Source: Symploca sp. SIO2C1 (GTDB lineage Bacteria > Cyanobacteriota > Cyanobacteriia > Cyanobacteriales > Coleofasciculaceae). Taken from it: a DNA stretch of 53,756 bases. The DNA lies in contig JAAHGL010000014.1 in assembly GCA_010692635.1 (NCBI GenBank), positions 1 through 53,756 of the forward strand, given 5' to 3'. The notes below the pieces were generated by a model. The model saw only the letters and a list, made by a program, of their open reading frames with translations, was not told the origin of the DNA and did not search any database. This document shows positions 19,566 to 29,756 of the stretch, in pieces. Within the stretch, counting starts at the first letter, position 1. Each line of letters opens with the position of its first letter. The position numbers and the translations under genes are program-made.

Positions 19566-21476
19566 TTAACTGCTAATAGCTGAAAGCTGCTTACGGAAAA
19601 GAGCCTCCCGCACTTGTTGAGCAATTTGGGAACTGGTTAGACCTAAGTCTGCTTTGGATTCATCTGGTTTGGCATGGTCTACTAGTTTATCTGGCACACC
19701 AAAGCGCTTAACAGGAACCAAGATATTGTTGTCTAGTAGTGCTTCAGCTACAGCTGAACCAAAGCCACCCATTAAACAACCTTCCTCTAAGGTCACCACC
19801 TTACCAATCCGCTCTGCTAGAGGTAGAATCAATTCCGTATCTAGGGGTTTAACAAAACGAGCGTTAACCACAGTCGCTTCAATACCATGCTCACTAAGAA
19901 TTTCCGCTACTTGCATGGCAGGGTAAACCATCGTACCATAGCCAAGCAATAACAGGTCGTCACCGTTGCGTAGAATTTCTCCCTTACCGATAGGAAGTGC
20001 TTCCCAGCCTTCCTCCATCAGAGGAACACCATAACCATTACCGCGAGGATACCGCATGGCAATTGGTCCATCACTGTAGTTAACGCCAGTAACGATCATT
20101 TGTTGCAATTCTGCTTCATCTTTGGGAGCCATTACTACCATGTTGGGAATACAGCGCAGATAGGCAATGTCATACATTCCTTGGTGAGTAGGGCCATCAG
20201 CACCGACAATTCCCGCTCTGTCCAAACAGAAAAAGACGGGCAAGTTTTGGATACAAACGTCGTGAATTATTTGATCGTAGGCTCGTTGCAGGAAGGTAGA
20301 GTAAATGGTAGCAACTGGTTGCATCCCCTCACAAGCCAGTCCAGCAGCCAGGGTAACAGCGTGTTGTTCAGCAATACCCACATCAATGTACTGCTTGGGC
20401 AATTTTTCTTGCAGTTTAGTCAAACCTGTCCCAGTGGCCATTGCAGCAGTAATACCGATAATTTTGGGATTGTTTTCGGCAAGTTTTACTAGGGTGTGAG
20501 CAAAGACTTTGGAGTAACCGGGAGGTTTAGGCTTATTGGAAGGTAAAGCCTTACCACTGGCAAGGTCAAAGGGACTTTGAGCATGATATCCGACTTGGTC
20601 TGCTTCTGCGATCGCATATCCCTTACCTTTGGTGGTTACCACATGCACTAGAACTGCTCCCTCATAGGTGTGTGCAGCGTTGAAGGTATTAATCAAATCT
20701 TGTAGATTGTGACCATCTACAGGTCCCATGTAGGTAAAGCCCAGTTCTTCAAATACTGCCCCTACCTTCGGCACTGCCAGACGCTTCATCCCTTCCTTAA
20801 CTCGCTGCAACTCTGGAGATAAAGACTCACCAACAAAGGGAAGACTTTTGAACTGTTCTTCTAAATTATCTGCCAGAAACTGCACTGGTGCACTCAGCCG
20901 CACTTTGTTGAGAGAACGAGAAATAGCACCAACGTTGGGGGAAATCGACATTTCGTTGTCGTTTAGCACCACCAGTAACTTAGTATTGGGTAAATGACCG
21001 GCATGGTTAATGGCTTCCAAAGCCATTCCCCCAGTAAGAGCACCATCTCCAATTACTGCCGCTACTTTGAAGTTCTCTCCTTTGAGGTCCCGTGCTATGG
21101 CCATACCTAGAGCCGAAGAAATACTTGTCGAAGCATGACCCGCACCAAAGTGATCGAACTTGCTCTCACAACGCTTGAGATACCCAGCAACACCATCCTT
21201 TTGCCGCAAAGTATGGAATTGGTGATACCGCCCTGTCAACATTTTATGGGGGTAAGCTTGATGACCGACATCCCAAGTAACTTTATCACGGTCTAGGTCA
21301 AGAGTCTGATACAAGCCGATGGTAAGTTCCACAACACCCAATCCTGGACCCAGGTGACCCCCACTAGTTGCTACAGTTTCCAGATGCTTTTCCCGGATTT
21401 GGCGAGCAATTTGCTCTAGTTGAGGAATTGACAGACCGTGCAACTGATTTGGATGAGTAATTTCACTTATATGCAT
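19566..21476 (-). CDS. dxs: 1-deoxy-D-xylulose-5-phosphate synthase.
   Basis: 636 aa. ThDP motif [13 protein letters not shown]. Transketolase-like pyrimidine and C-terminal domains. Clear Dxs N-terminus [21 protein letters not shown]. Confidence 0.95.
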   Translation of the reverse strand: MHISEITHPNQLHGLSIPQLEQIARQIREKHLETVATSGGHLGPGLGVVELTIGLYQTLDLDRDKVTWDVGHQAYPHKMLTGRYHQFHTLRQKDGVAGYLKRCESKFDHFGAGHASTSISSALGMAIARDLKGENFKVAAVIGDGALTGGMALEAINHAGHLPNTKLLVVLNDNEMSISPNVGAISRSLNKVRLSAPVQFLADNLEEQFKSLPFVGESLSPELQRVKEGMKRLAVPKVGAVFEELGFTYMGPVDGHNLQDLINTFNAAHTYEGAVLVHVVTTKGKGYAIAEADQVGYHAQSPFDLASGKALPSNKPKPPGYSKVFAHTLVKLAENNPKIIGITAAMATGTGLTKLQEKLPKQYIDVGIAEQHAVTLAAGLACEGMQPVATIYSTFLQRAYDQIIHDVCIQNLPVFFCLDRAGIVGADGPTHQGMYDIAYLRCIPNMVVMAPKDEAELQQMIVTGVNYSDGPIAMRYPRGNGYGVPLMEEGWEALPIGKGEILRNGDDLLLLGYGTMVYPAMQVAEILSEHGIEATVVNARFVKPLDTELILPLAERIGKVVTLEEGCLMGGFGSAVAEALLDNNILVPVKRFGVPDKLVDHAKPDESKADLGLTSSQIAQQVREALFRKQLSAISS

Positions 21477-21897
21477 ACCGATCTACTTTTTAAAGTGCTA
21501 CTGGATTGTATTTATCCTGTTGAGGTCTCTAAATCAACCAGAATAGTTTCTTTCTTTACATTATTCGTAGTTGAGGTATGTTCTTGCTAGCTTACTTAGG
21601 GCTTGCTGAACAAGTATGGAAGCTATACCAGACTGTGCTTTCAATGATTTTTTGACCAAGCCTTGTGCAAGGAAATGGTCTATAGAAGCTTATTTTCCTT
21701 GCACTTTGATGGGAAATCTCTGAGTAACCTTGGGGAATGGAAGTGCTCACCCACGAGGATAAATGCTTCATTCCTTCTTACTTGTTACTTTTTACTTGTG
21801 ACTTGTTACTTATTCAGCAAGCCCTACTTAACCTTATCTACCACCTAAAACCTAACACCTATGGCAACCGGAAAATTACGACTTATTCTCCCAAGCC

Positions 21898-22626
21898 CTA
21901 TCTAGTTTTGACAATTTGCTCATCTAACTTATTGACAAGTTCTCCAACTTGGATTGGAGACTCCTGTTCATTAGGGTAGAGTACACCAGTAAAAGCTACG
22001 ACATCATTACGGCGAAAACTGGCCATATCTAGCCGCAAAGGTTGACCTTGCATGTTGACTAACATTGTCATACCAGCTGAGGCATCTGCCAAAGTCTTCA
22101 TCTCAGGCAGAGAAGCATAATTTTCAATCTGTATTCCTCCAAACTCCTCAAGTTTCTCAGCCAGTAAATCAATCACTTGCTCCTGAGCCTGTGGATCATC
22201 CAACTTTTGTAGATTGGTATCAAAGTTGATCTGCTCAGACGGCTCAGGAACATCCCCAGTAAAACCTAACACCACTTGAAAAGTTGCCGGATTGACGAAA
22301 GCAAAGAAATTTTCTGGGTTCAAGTTCCCTGGTGCTAGTTGCTCGGAGAAGGCTTGAAATTGGCTAGCAAGTTGAGAGACTAAGCTTGGGGGCAGTTGCT
22401 GGAAGCCAGGCGGTAAATCTTCTAAAGTCAGGGTTGCTGCCGATGAGGATATTTCTTGAGCAATAATTTGTGAATTGTCTGGGTCCGCTATTCTAGATTG
22501 GACAATCTGCTGTTCTATGGCCGCACGGGCAATGGTTCCACTCAAGATGACACCAGCCAGTAAGGATAAGGTCAATGGGAGTTTTTTGAGCATTTCAGTT
22601 GCAACAGACGAAGGTAGAGAGTTCAA
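21898..22626 (-). CDS. Hypothetical secreted protein.
   Basis: Signal peptide MLKKLPLTLSLLAGVILSGTIARA. The likely start is the internal Met at about 22593. No recognisable domain. Confidence 0.45.
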   Translation of the reverse strand: MNSLPSSVATEMLKKLPLTLSLLAGVILSGTIARAAIEQQIVQSRIADPDNSQIIAQEISSSAATLTLEDLPPGFQQLPPSLVSQLASQFQAFSEQLAPGNLNPENFFAFVNPATFQVVLGFTGDVPEPSEQINFDTNLQKLDDPQAQEQVIDLLAEKLEEFGGIQIENYASLPEMKTLADASAGMTMLVNMQGQPLRLDMASFRRNDVVAFTGVLYPNEQESPIQVGELVNKLDEQIVKTR

Positions 22627-22851
22627 TACGCATTATAGTTAATTTAGAATTTAGAATTTAGTATCAATTAATAGTGAACCCCAGGTGTTGATCAAACAAC
22701 CTGGGGCCCAACATTGCTTTGGGAACTGGGCTATTGGGTATTACGGAGACTCAGTTAAGAGCTCTCCAGGAGCGCTTCCCACCCCCAATTGAATGGGAGA
22801 AACAAGTCTCTTACCTATTGCCAGACTCGGAGACTCGGTGTTTATTCAGAG

Positions 22852-22908
22852 ATTAGCAATTAGCAATTAGCCATTAGCCATTAGCTTTGAGTATGTTTCT
22901 CAAGAGTT
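22852..22908. repeat. TTAGCAA/TTAGCCA heptamer array plus conserved tail tttgagtatgtttctcaag.
   Basis: gattagcaattagcaattagccattagccattagctttgagtatgtttctcaagag. Confidence 0.6.
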
Positions 22909-22976
22909 ACCAGTTATAACTTTTGAGTGCTGAGTGCTCACTATTCAATTCCCAGTGCATAATTATCCTTGAATTT

Positions 22977-23174
22977 TCATTCTTGACTCTTATTCTCTTC
23001 TAGATAGTCAGAGTTTGTTTCATCTCCTTGAGAACTGGTACTATCCTTCGGAGGTCTGTTACCATACCGCCGGTTTCTAGAGAAACGACCTGTATTTTTC
23101 CTTTGACGAAACTTACGAGCATAAGCTTGATTACGCTGCGCCTTTTCCTTTTTGAGATTGCGGCGCTTTGCCAT
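22977..23174 (-). CDS. Small, very basic hypothetical protein (65 aa).
   Basis: MAKRRNLKKEKAQRNQAYARKFRQRKNTGRFSRNRRYGNRPPK... Lys/Arg-rich N-terminus and acidic tail. Possibly nucleic-acid- or ribosome-associated, but not assignable. Confidence 0.35.
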   Translation of the reverse strand: MAKRRNLKKEKAQRNQAYARKFRQRKNTGRFSRNRRYGNRPPKDSTSSQGDETNSDYLEENKSQE

Positions 23175-23743
23175 GTTTACCTCTTGATAACCAACAGTAA
23201 TATCTTACTTGCCTCTTGCCATATATTTAGTTTTGTTTGTCTATCAAGCCAATACTATACTAGGCAAAGAGGCTCAGTAATACTCTACCAACACTGATAC
23301 ATAGCTGTATAGTGAGGTCTTCCTTACCGTACTACATACCGCTCCAATAACACAATAAGGAATTCCTAGTACCACTGCGTGGAATGAAGAATTCAGAATG
23401 AAGAATTCAGAATGCTTATAGAGTAAGGATTCTATCGATCTCAAACTGGTCACTTATTTCCGCCGCGCTGCACTAGTTACTTGCTTGACAGTTTTTTCCC
23501 CACATAATCTAATCGCCAGCAGCTATTTGCTTGTGACAAGGATAGCCGAACTGTATCGGAATTTTACTTCCTCAAAGTTTAGTGGGTATTGACAACCAAG
23601 TATTTTTGGCAGACTTTGATGCAACTTTTCAGATGTTCCAGGTTGATAGGCGCAAAATTTGCTTTTTCAATCACTGACGTTACCGAACTTGCATCCCTAC
23701 CGTCTATTATAGCAGTCGATAAGCAACCGAATTCACAGGCTCT

Positions 23744-24214
23744 ATGGGCTTCTCATCAATGGGTCAAATTTGGCGATTTTTACAAACAGTACTAGGAATC
23801 ATTTTTCGACATCCTGTAACTGGTACAAGCATTGTTCCCATCTTGCCAGATGGGCGAATTGTACTAGTCAAGCGTCGCGATAATGGTAAGTGGGGATTAC
23901 CAGGAGGTATGGTGGACTGGGGTCAAGATATTCCGACAACAGTACGACGAGAGTTGGCAGAAGAAACTGGACTGGAGTTACTAGAGATTCGTAGGTTGGT
24001 TGGAGTTTACTCCTCACCAGATCGCGATCCTAGAATTCATTCTATTTGCGTTCTGGTAGAAGCCGAGGTTCAAGGAACAATGCAAGTACAGGATATTTTA
24101 GAGATCAAGGATGTTCAAGCTTTTGATCCCTCAGCTATTCCTAAGGACGACTTGAGCCACGATCACAAATTTCAGTTACAAGATTATTTCGATGGTAAGA
24201 CAATCGTTGCTTGA
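23744..24214 (+). CDS. NUDIX hydrolase.
   Basis: Nudix box GGMVDWGQDIPTTVRRELAEETGLEL. Confidence 0.8.
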   Translation: MGFSSMGQIWRFLQTVLGIIFRHPVTGTSIVPILPDGRIVLVKRRDNGKWGLPGGMVDWGQDIPTTVRRELAEETGLELLEIRRLVGVYSSPDRDPRIHSICVLVEAEVQGTMQVQDILEIKDVQAFDPSAIPKDDLSHDHKFQLQDYFDGKTIVA

Positions 24215-24316
24215 AGGCTGATGGCAACAAAAGCAGACTGCTTCACAACTATTTTCGTAAGCATCTGGATTGATCTTGCTCTGGACTAATTTAGAAACAA
24301 AATATTGTAATTTAGG

Positions 24317-25132
24317 ATGGATCTACCTCTACGTAATTCTCGAATTAAGTTGCCCTCAGGACAAGTTTTCTGGCGGGAAATCGGTCAAGGACCGATTCTT
24401 ATATTTTTGCATGGTTCTTGGAGCGAGAGCAGTCAATGGTTACCCGTTATTGAACACTTGAGTCAAGATTATCACTGTTTTGCTCTTGATCTATTGGGAT
24501 TTGGTGAATCCGAGCAACCCAAGCTCCACTACTCAATCCAGCTAGAAGTTGAGTGTTTACTCAAATATCTAGAAGCGTTACGCTTATCGCCGGTATATTT
24601 GATTGGTCACTCCCTAGGAGGTTGGATTGCTGCTAGTTACGCTCTACAATATTTGGAGCAAGTTTGTGGTTTGGTTTTAATCGCACCAGAGGGCGTTTTA
24701 CTAGAAGGACAGCAAAAGAGTTGGAGATGGGCACGGTGGTTAGTTGGACGTCCACCAATCGCTTATGGTGTTTTGCGATCGCTCCTTCCCCTCGCCAAAC
24801 TCTTGGGACGCCACAAACCTATTGAGCAAATTCTACAACAACGACAGCAGTTGCTCAGTTCACCCACTGCTTGTCAATTATTGTTCCAACGACGCTCCTC
24901 AGAAATTGAAGCGGAATTACTGCAAGATAAACTCAACTATCTCAAAGTGCCAACCTTGATTTTACAAGGTAGAAAAGATCATCCTGAAGCGATCGCCCGC
25001 TCTCAAATTTATGCTGAAAACAGCCCACAAATAGAGTTACAGATGATTAGTCATGGAGGGCATGACTTACCAGAATCCCTACCAGCTTTAGTCGCTAGGC
25101 ATATTCATGAATTTGTAAAGAATTCTGATTGA
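24317..25132 (+). CDS. Alpha/beta-fold hydrolase.
   Basis: HGSWSES oxyanion region. Nucleophile elbow IGHSLGGWIA. C-terminal HGGHDLP (catalytic His). 271 aa. Confidence 0.8.
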   Translation: MDLPLRNSRIKLPSGQVFWREIGQGPILIFLHGSWSESSQWLPVIEHLSQDYHCFALDLLGFGESEQPKLHYSIQLEVECLLKYLEALRLSPVYLIGHSLGGWIAASYALQYLEQVCGLVLIAPEGVLLEGQQKSWRWARWLVGRPPIAYGVLRSLLPLAKLLGRHKPIEQILQQRQQLLSSPTACQLLFQRRSSEIEAELLQDKLNYLKVPTLILQGRKDHPEAIARSQIYAENSPQIELQMISHGGHDLPESLPALVARHIHEFVKNSD

Positions 25133-25458
25133 AGATGTTCTGAATATCAACGAATCTCTTCAGCACTGAGACAGGAAATTACTCAACGGACAAAGAATCG
25201 ATGCGGATACTGCCCTTGCCTCGATCCATTTTCCCCTGACAGCTTTACAGTCGATCAGATCAAGCAAGGATATTGTTTTTGGTTTCTGCGATTTTTTTTA
25301 TTTGTAGAGAAAATAAATAGGGAATATTAGTTTGGTTTTTTTGAATAAAATGTAATCTTTTCCTTGATATGTATATTAGCATAACCTTGATATCAAATAA
25401 TCCTTTTCAGCCTCTATCAGGTAAGTAAACGACTGTTGGGAAAAGATTCATAATTACT

Positions 25459-27549
25459 ATGTTTAACCAGGACTTGCGAACAGGAGGCTATACTCAAGTC
25501 TCTCATTTACCCAAACCTAATTGGACTAAATTAGCAGATAGAAAAATTAGTCCTTTAATCCTAGGCATCTCAGTTGTAGGATTTTCGATGCTGGATTTGG
25601 GAGTATCTCTTCTACCTCCATCTGGATTATTAAATCAAGAATCTCGCCTTGCTACAGCTCAACCAATTATTCCCGCTGCTGATGGCACTGGCACGATTAT
25701 TACCCCTAATGGAGATGAGTTTAATATCCACGGTGGTACTCCCTCAGGAATAAATTTGTTTCATAGTTTGGAGCAATTTGGGCTAAATTCGGGTCAGATT
25801 GCTAACTTTCTGGCTAATCCTCAGATAAAGAATATTCTGACGCGAGTTGTCGGTGGCGACTCTTCAGTTATTAACGGTTTAATTCAGGTAACTGGTGGCA
25901 ACTCTAACCTCTACTTGATGAACCCAGCCGGGATGATCTTTGGTACTGATGCCAGCTTAAATGTTCCTGGTTCTTTCACTGCGACTACTGCTACTGGTAT
26001 TGGCTTTGGTGGAGATAATTGGTTTAATGCTTTCGGTGATAATGACTACCACAATTTAATTGGTGCCCCCAATAGTTTTGCTTTTGACTTAGCTCAACCA
26101 GGAAGTATTATTAATGCTGGTGAGTTGGCAGTAGCAGCAGGCAAAGATTTAAGTTTAACTGCTGGTAGTGTTATTCATACTGGACAGTTGAGTGCTCCCG
26201 GAGGAAATATTACTGTTGCGGCGGTACCAGGGGAACAGGTAATTCGGATTAGTCAAGAGGGACACCTGCTGAGTTTGGAGGTAGAACCGCCAAGGGATAT
26301 CAATGGACAGGTGTTGCCGATAAGTGCTCTGGATTTACCTTCATTGCTCAATGGCACTGCTGGCAATGTCGAGACTCGATTGGTGGTGCAGCCGGATGGT
26401 ACAGTGCAGCTGGCAGGTTCTGGCTTCCGGGTAGAAAATGGTGATGTGGTAGCTCAGGATGTAACAGCTGGCACGGCGTTGCTGTCGGCTGCTAATAATT
26501 TGACTTTGGTGGAGAGTCAGTTCCAAACTACTGGGAACCTGAGCTTGTTGGCGCAAGATACTGTCTTGATTCGGGATAGTGAGGAAAATCCCTTTTTGGC
26601 TCAAGCGGGAGGATATTTGTACCTTCAAGGTAATCAGGCAATCGATATTCTCGCGTTGAATCATCCCCAGACACCCTTCCAGAGTGGAGGCGAGATGGTA
26701 TTAGTCAGTGATGGTAATATTTCTGGGGATGCTCACTTTAGCAGTGGCGGTAATTTCCTGATGCTCAACTTGGCAGGGGAGCCGGGAAATTTTGTCAGTC
26801 TTTATGACCCTATTATTAGTGTTGATGGAGATGTTGTCTTGGGGAATTACGTAGGTGCGGCACTGAAGGTGGAAGCTACAGGTAGCATCTCTGGTGGCGA
26901 TATCCAAATCACAGAACCGGACACATTGGGATTTATTCCTCCAACAGATCCACATTTCGATATTTTAACTACTAGTCGAGCACTAGTTTTGCAAGCAGGT
27001 AAAACTCAATTGGACAATCAGGCTAATGTTCCTCCCATACAAGTAACGCCAGGAGGAACCTTTTTCCCTGCAATAATTCCCAATTTGCCACCAGGCAGTA
27101 TTCAGGTAGGAAGCATCAGAACCTGGTCCTTTGATGATAATGAACATGGTGGACCTGTGATTTTGCAAGCTGTAGGCGACATTACAGCATCAAACATTTT
27201 TACTCTTTGGCAGGGTACACCGACAGGTAGTGGGAATGGTGGTGATATCACTGTCGATGCTGGTGGCAACATTACGATTAATACCGATGTACTGTCGTTT
27301 ACTGACAATGGTTATGGTGGCAATATTACCATGAATGCTGGGGGCGACATTCTTGTAGATGACATACAATCCATTGGCACTGTCAGAGGTGGCGACATCA
27401 GCTTAACTAGTGGTGGCATCATTGAGACAACGCAGGGTGATCCGGTGACTCCAGGTAATATATTTTCCTGTTCTGGCACTCGTAATAAATGCAATGGTGG
27501 TACTGGTGAGGCTATCCACTGGCAATCTGAGGGCTACGCCAATTTCTGA
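25459..27549 (+). CDS. Filamentous-haemagglutinin N-terminal (TPS) domain protein, i.e. TpsA-like beta-helix exoprotein. No adjacent TpsB.
   Basis: ITPNGDEFNIHGGTPSGINLFHSLEQFGLNSGQIANFLANPQIKNILTRVVGGDSSVINGLIQVTGGNSNLYLMNPAGMIFG is the haemagg_act/TPS domain. Downstream there are beta-helix GG(D/N)I repeats. Confidence 0.7.
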   Translation: MFNQDLRTGGYTQVSHLPKPNWTKLADRKISPLILGISVVGFSMLDLGVSLLPPSGLLNQESRLATAQPIIPAADGTGTIITPNGDEFNIHGGTPSGINLFHSLEQFGLNSGQIANFLANPQIKNILTRVVGGDSSVINGLIQVTGGNSNLYLMNPAGMIFGTDASLNVPGSFTATTATGIGFGGDNWFNAFGDNDYHNLIGAPNSFAFDLAQPGSIINAGELAVAAGKDLSLTAGSVIHTGQLSAPGGNITVAAVPGEQVIRISQEGHLLSLEVEPPRDINGQVLPISALDLPSLLNGTAGNVETRLVVQPDGTVQLAGSGFRVENGDVVAQDVTAGTALLSAANNLTLVESQFQTTGNLSLLAQDTVLIRDSEENPFLAQAGGYLYLQGNQAIDILALNHPQTPFQSGGEMVLVSDGNISGDAHFSSGGNFLMLNLAGEPGNFVSLYDPIISVDGDVVLGNYVGAALKVEATGSISGGDIQITEPDTLGFIPPTDPHFDILTTSRALVLQAGKTQLDNQANVPPIQVTPGGTFFPAIIPNLPPGSIQVGSIRTWSFDDNEHGGPVILQAVGDITASNIFTLWQGTPTGSGNGGDITVDAGGNITINTDVLSFTDNGYGGNITMNAGGDILVDDIQSIGTVRGGDISLTSGGIIETTQGDPVTPGNIFSCSGTRNKCNGGTGEAIHWQSEGYANF

Positions 27550-27799
27550 AGCAGAGGAGCGCAGCAACGAGGAAGGGAATTAATTCGAGAATGTATGTAC
27601 CAATCAAGTACCACAGCGGACTTTCTTCTCCAGGAACACTGATGCTAAACAGTAGAAAAAATAATAGGGATATTACTCCCCAAGCAATTCCCGCATAAAC
27701 CAGATTTTGAGAGGTTAGCAGGGATTGAATACCAAAAGATGACTTTTCTACGGAGCTGCTCATAGTCATTTCACTCTTATCACTATCAATGAAATTCAC
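27512..27799 (-). CDS. Possible small membrane protein (95 aa).
   Basis: Two hydrophobic helices. Convergently overlaps the 3' end of the TpsA-like gene. Weak evidence. Confidence 0.3.
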   Translation of the reverse strand: MNFIDSDKSEMTMSSSVEKSSFGIQSLLTSQNLVYAGIAWGVISLLFFLLFSISVPGEESPLWYLIGTYILELIPFLVAALLCFRNWRSPQIASG

Positions 27800-27889
27800 C
27801 CCAAGCTGATGTACTCAAAGTTATCAGCCAGTAAATATTGCTTCTTACTCTCCAACTACTAGACAAGTGTTTCATCTTCTCTCTTTAGG

Positions 27890-28549
27890 TTATCGCCATA
27901 GTTTACCAAGAGGAGATGATTGCAGCCACTGAATGAACTGAGTTTGGTCATTATCTGGCATATCTTGCAATATATCGTTTACTCCCTCAGCAAAGTTAGT
28001 ACTGCCAAAATATTCTTTCCCTAGACGATGAAGTTCCTGCAGTAGGGTAATCAGATGGTGTTCTTCCCAAGGGGGAACCTGTAAAGTAGTTAATGGATCC
28101 ATTGTGAGCAAGTGATTGACTGCTTCAGAGGAGTCAGCTTGCGGGAAGTGCCATTGCCGAAAGATCTCAGTGATATCTTTTTGGAACAACTTAGCTTGCC
28201 TGCTTCCTAAGAGGTCTTCAACATCTATGAAAACCGTTTGTAGCAGTAAAAGACAAGCTTGGGTGTATGGCAAAACAGTTGAGTCAGGACCAGCTTCCTT
28301 CCCCAGTTGTTCCAGACGGATTTTTCCCCAAACACTGAAGCGATCGGGTTCCTCTAGCAAAACGCATGCCTTACCGCGATTATCAGTGAGATCTCGCCAG
28401 AAAGCTTTTGCTTCTTCTGCTTGTTGGGCACTAAACACGCTAATCAAACGAAAAGTTTGCCCCTGATAACTAAGAATCGGGATTTGCTGCTCCCGCTTTG
28501 GGTGCTGAATGCTAGAGATTTCAACATCCTGCCTTTTGAGAATAAACAT
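27890..28549 (-). CDS. Hypothetical protein (219 aa).
   Basis: Long ORF without recognisable motifs. Confidence 0.5.
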   Translation of the reverse strand: MFILKRQDVEISSIQHPKREQQIPILSYQGQTFRLISVFSAQQAEEAKAFWRDLTDNRGKACVLLEEPDRFSVWGKIRLEQLGKEAGPDSTVLPYTQACLLLLQTVFIDVEDLLGSRQAKLFQKDITEIFRQWHFPQADSSEAVNHLLTMDPLTTLQVPPWEEHHLITLLQELHRLGKEYFGSTNFAEGVNDILQDMPDNDQTQFIQWLQSSPLGKLWR

Positions 28550-29026
28550 AACATTGGCAAATGAGTGCTGACCGGATTGGGGATGGGAATGCTATGGTTG
28601 TAGCTAATACCCAAGTAACTATATCTCTATCCAGAATGCTGGTGTCAGGGTTTCACTGAGCCGCAATAAGCACAAAGCACTAGCTCTTCACTAAATCTCT
28701 GGTTTGGGATGATCGCCTTGAGTCTTACTAGTATTGAGACAAGCATTTGATGATCTTTGGTTTATAGTGTACCTTGAGCGTCAAGAGGTTAGAGTCTGTA
28801 GTTTGCTCAAGTTGATTGTTAGTGGTAGTTGCCTGGTAATGCCAACCACCGATACAATGCTTGATACTATCAGATCACTACTACTTGATGAATCAATGAT
28901 CATATGCTAAATCTTGAGGAATTGTGCGCAGAAGTTAATTTATTTTGCTATTGGGAGGAATGTTGAAGTGCACAACCTTGAGTAATTAACATCTGTTGTA
29001 GTTGTATGTGACTGCTCATTTATTAT

Positions 29027-29099
29027 GCCCTCGTAGCTCAGGGGATAGAGCAAGGGATTTCTAATCCCTTGGCCGTAGGTTCGAATCCTACCGAGGGCG
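29027..29099 (+). tRNA. tRNA-Arg (anticodon UCU).
   Basis: Cloverleaf with acceptor gccctcg/cgagggc, D-arm gctc-aggggata-gagc, anticodon arm aggga-tttctaa-tccct (anticodon TCT), T-arm gtagg-ttcgaat-cctac. No encoded CCA. Confidence 0.9.
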
Positions 29100-29190
29100 T
29101 TATCCCAAAATATACTTTTTTTCGTTCTCCTCTTAATCACGTAGCCTCACCCATTAAGGTGAGACTTCCCCTTCTACTCAAAATACGGTT

Positions 29191-29300
29191 TGATATCATG
29201 TCCGCCTAATCGCTTACAATAAAAACTTCTCCGAGTCCGGTGCGTCTCCGCGTCTGGAGCGTCAGCCTTAATGATAAGTATTCAACCGGACATGATATGA
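29191..29300. repeat. Small palindromic insertion with 14-bp TIRs (tgatatcatgtccg / cggacatgatatga), directly 3' of the tRNA.
   Basis: Inverted termini read directly from the sequence. Internal hairpin gtgcgtctccgcgtctggagcgtcagcc. Confidence 0.35.
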
Positions 29301-29310
29301 GAGTTGTCTA

Positions 29311-29463
29311 CTAGAACACCGATTCACTAACCAAAATTAGATGTAGGGGCGAAGCATTAGGCAAGGGTGTCAACTTAAAGTGAAACCCTTGCCCCACTGT
29401 CCGAATGCTTCGCCCTGAGATATCGATTTTGGCGTAAATATGAATACTGAATCGGTGTTCTAG
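29311..29463. mobile_element. MITE with TIRs ctagaacaccgattca / tgaatcggtgttctag (copy 1).
   Basis: About 150 bp with 16-bp TIRs. Internal gtaggggcgaagc...gcttcgccctga hairpin. Second copy at 46558-46706. Confidence 0.55.
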
Positions 29464-29756
29464 AGCTGCATGCCAAACAAAATCGACAAGATGATCAGTA
29501 TGAGCAACGCTACCGACCATTTCCAGAGTCGGTTAAGTCCTTTGAAAAGACTTGACCATCGTATGTAAAAGGAAATCCAATCTGAATGGAGATCATCACG
29601 GTCAGGTTCATTTACGATCTGTGTACGACCTGAAATTGCCGGACGCTGACGAACAATAATCATAGGCGATTGGTTCCGACCAAGGGAAGGGGCAGTGGCC
29701 AAACGCCCTCGTGCAGGAGGTCGTATCCTAGCTGAACGGCGGGGTAAACGATTCAT
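29460..29756 (-). CDS. Small Arg-rich, C-terminally membrane-anchored ORF, translationally coupled to the haloperoxidase gene.
   Basis: ATGA overlap with the upstream gene's stop at 29753-29756. Its last codons and the stop (TAG) fall inside the MITE terminus ctag at 29460-29463. Confidence 0.4.
   Translation of the reverse strand: MNRLPRRSARIRPPARGRLATAPSLGRNQSPMIIVRQRPAISGRTQIVNEPDRDDLHSDWISFYIRWSSLFKGLNRLWKWSVALLILIILSILFGMQL

Noticed and set aside
22977-23174. Small basic protein as ribosomal protein S21 or Thx.
   Set aside because: No convincing match to the bS21 or Thx sequences as I remember them. Kept as hypothetical.
28940-29140. 66-aa minus-strand ORF.
   Set aside because: It completely overlaps the tRNA-Arg gene, so it is spurious.
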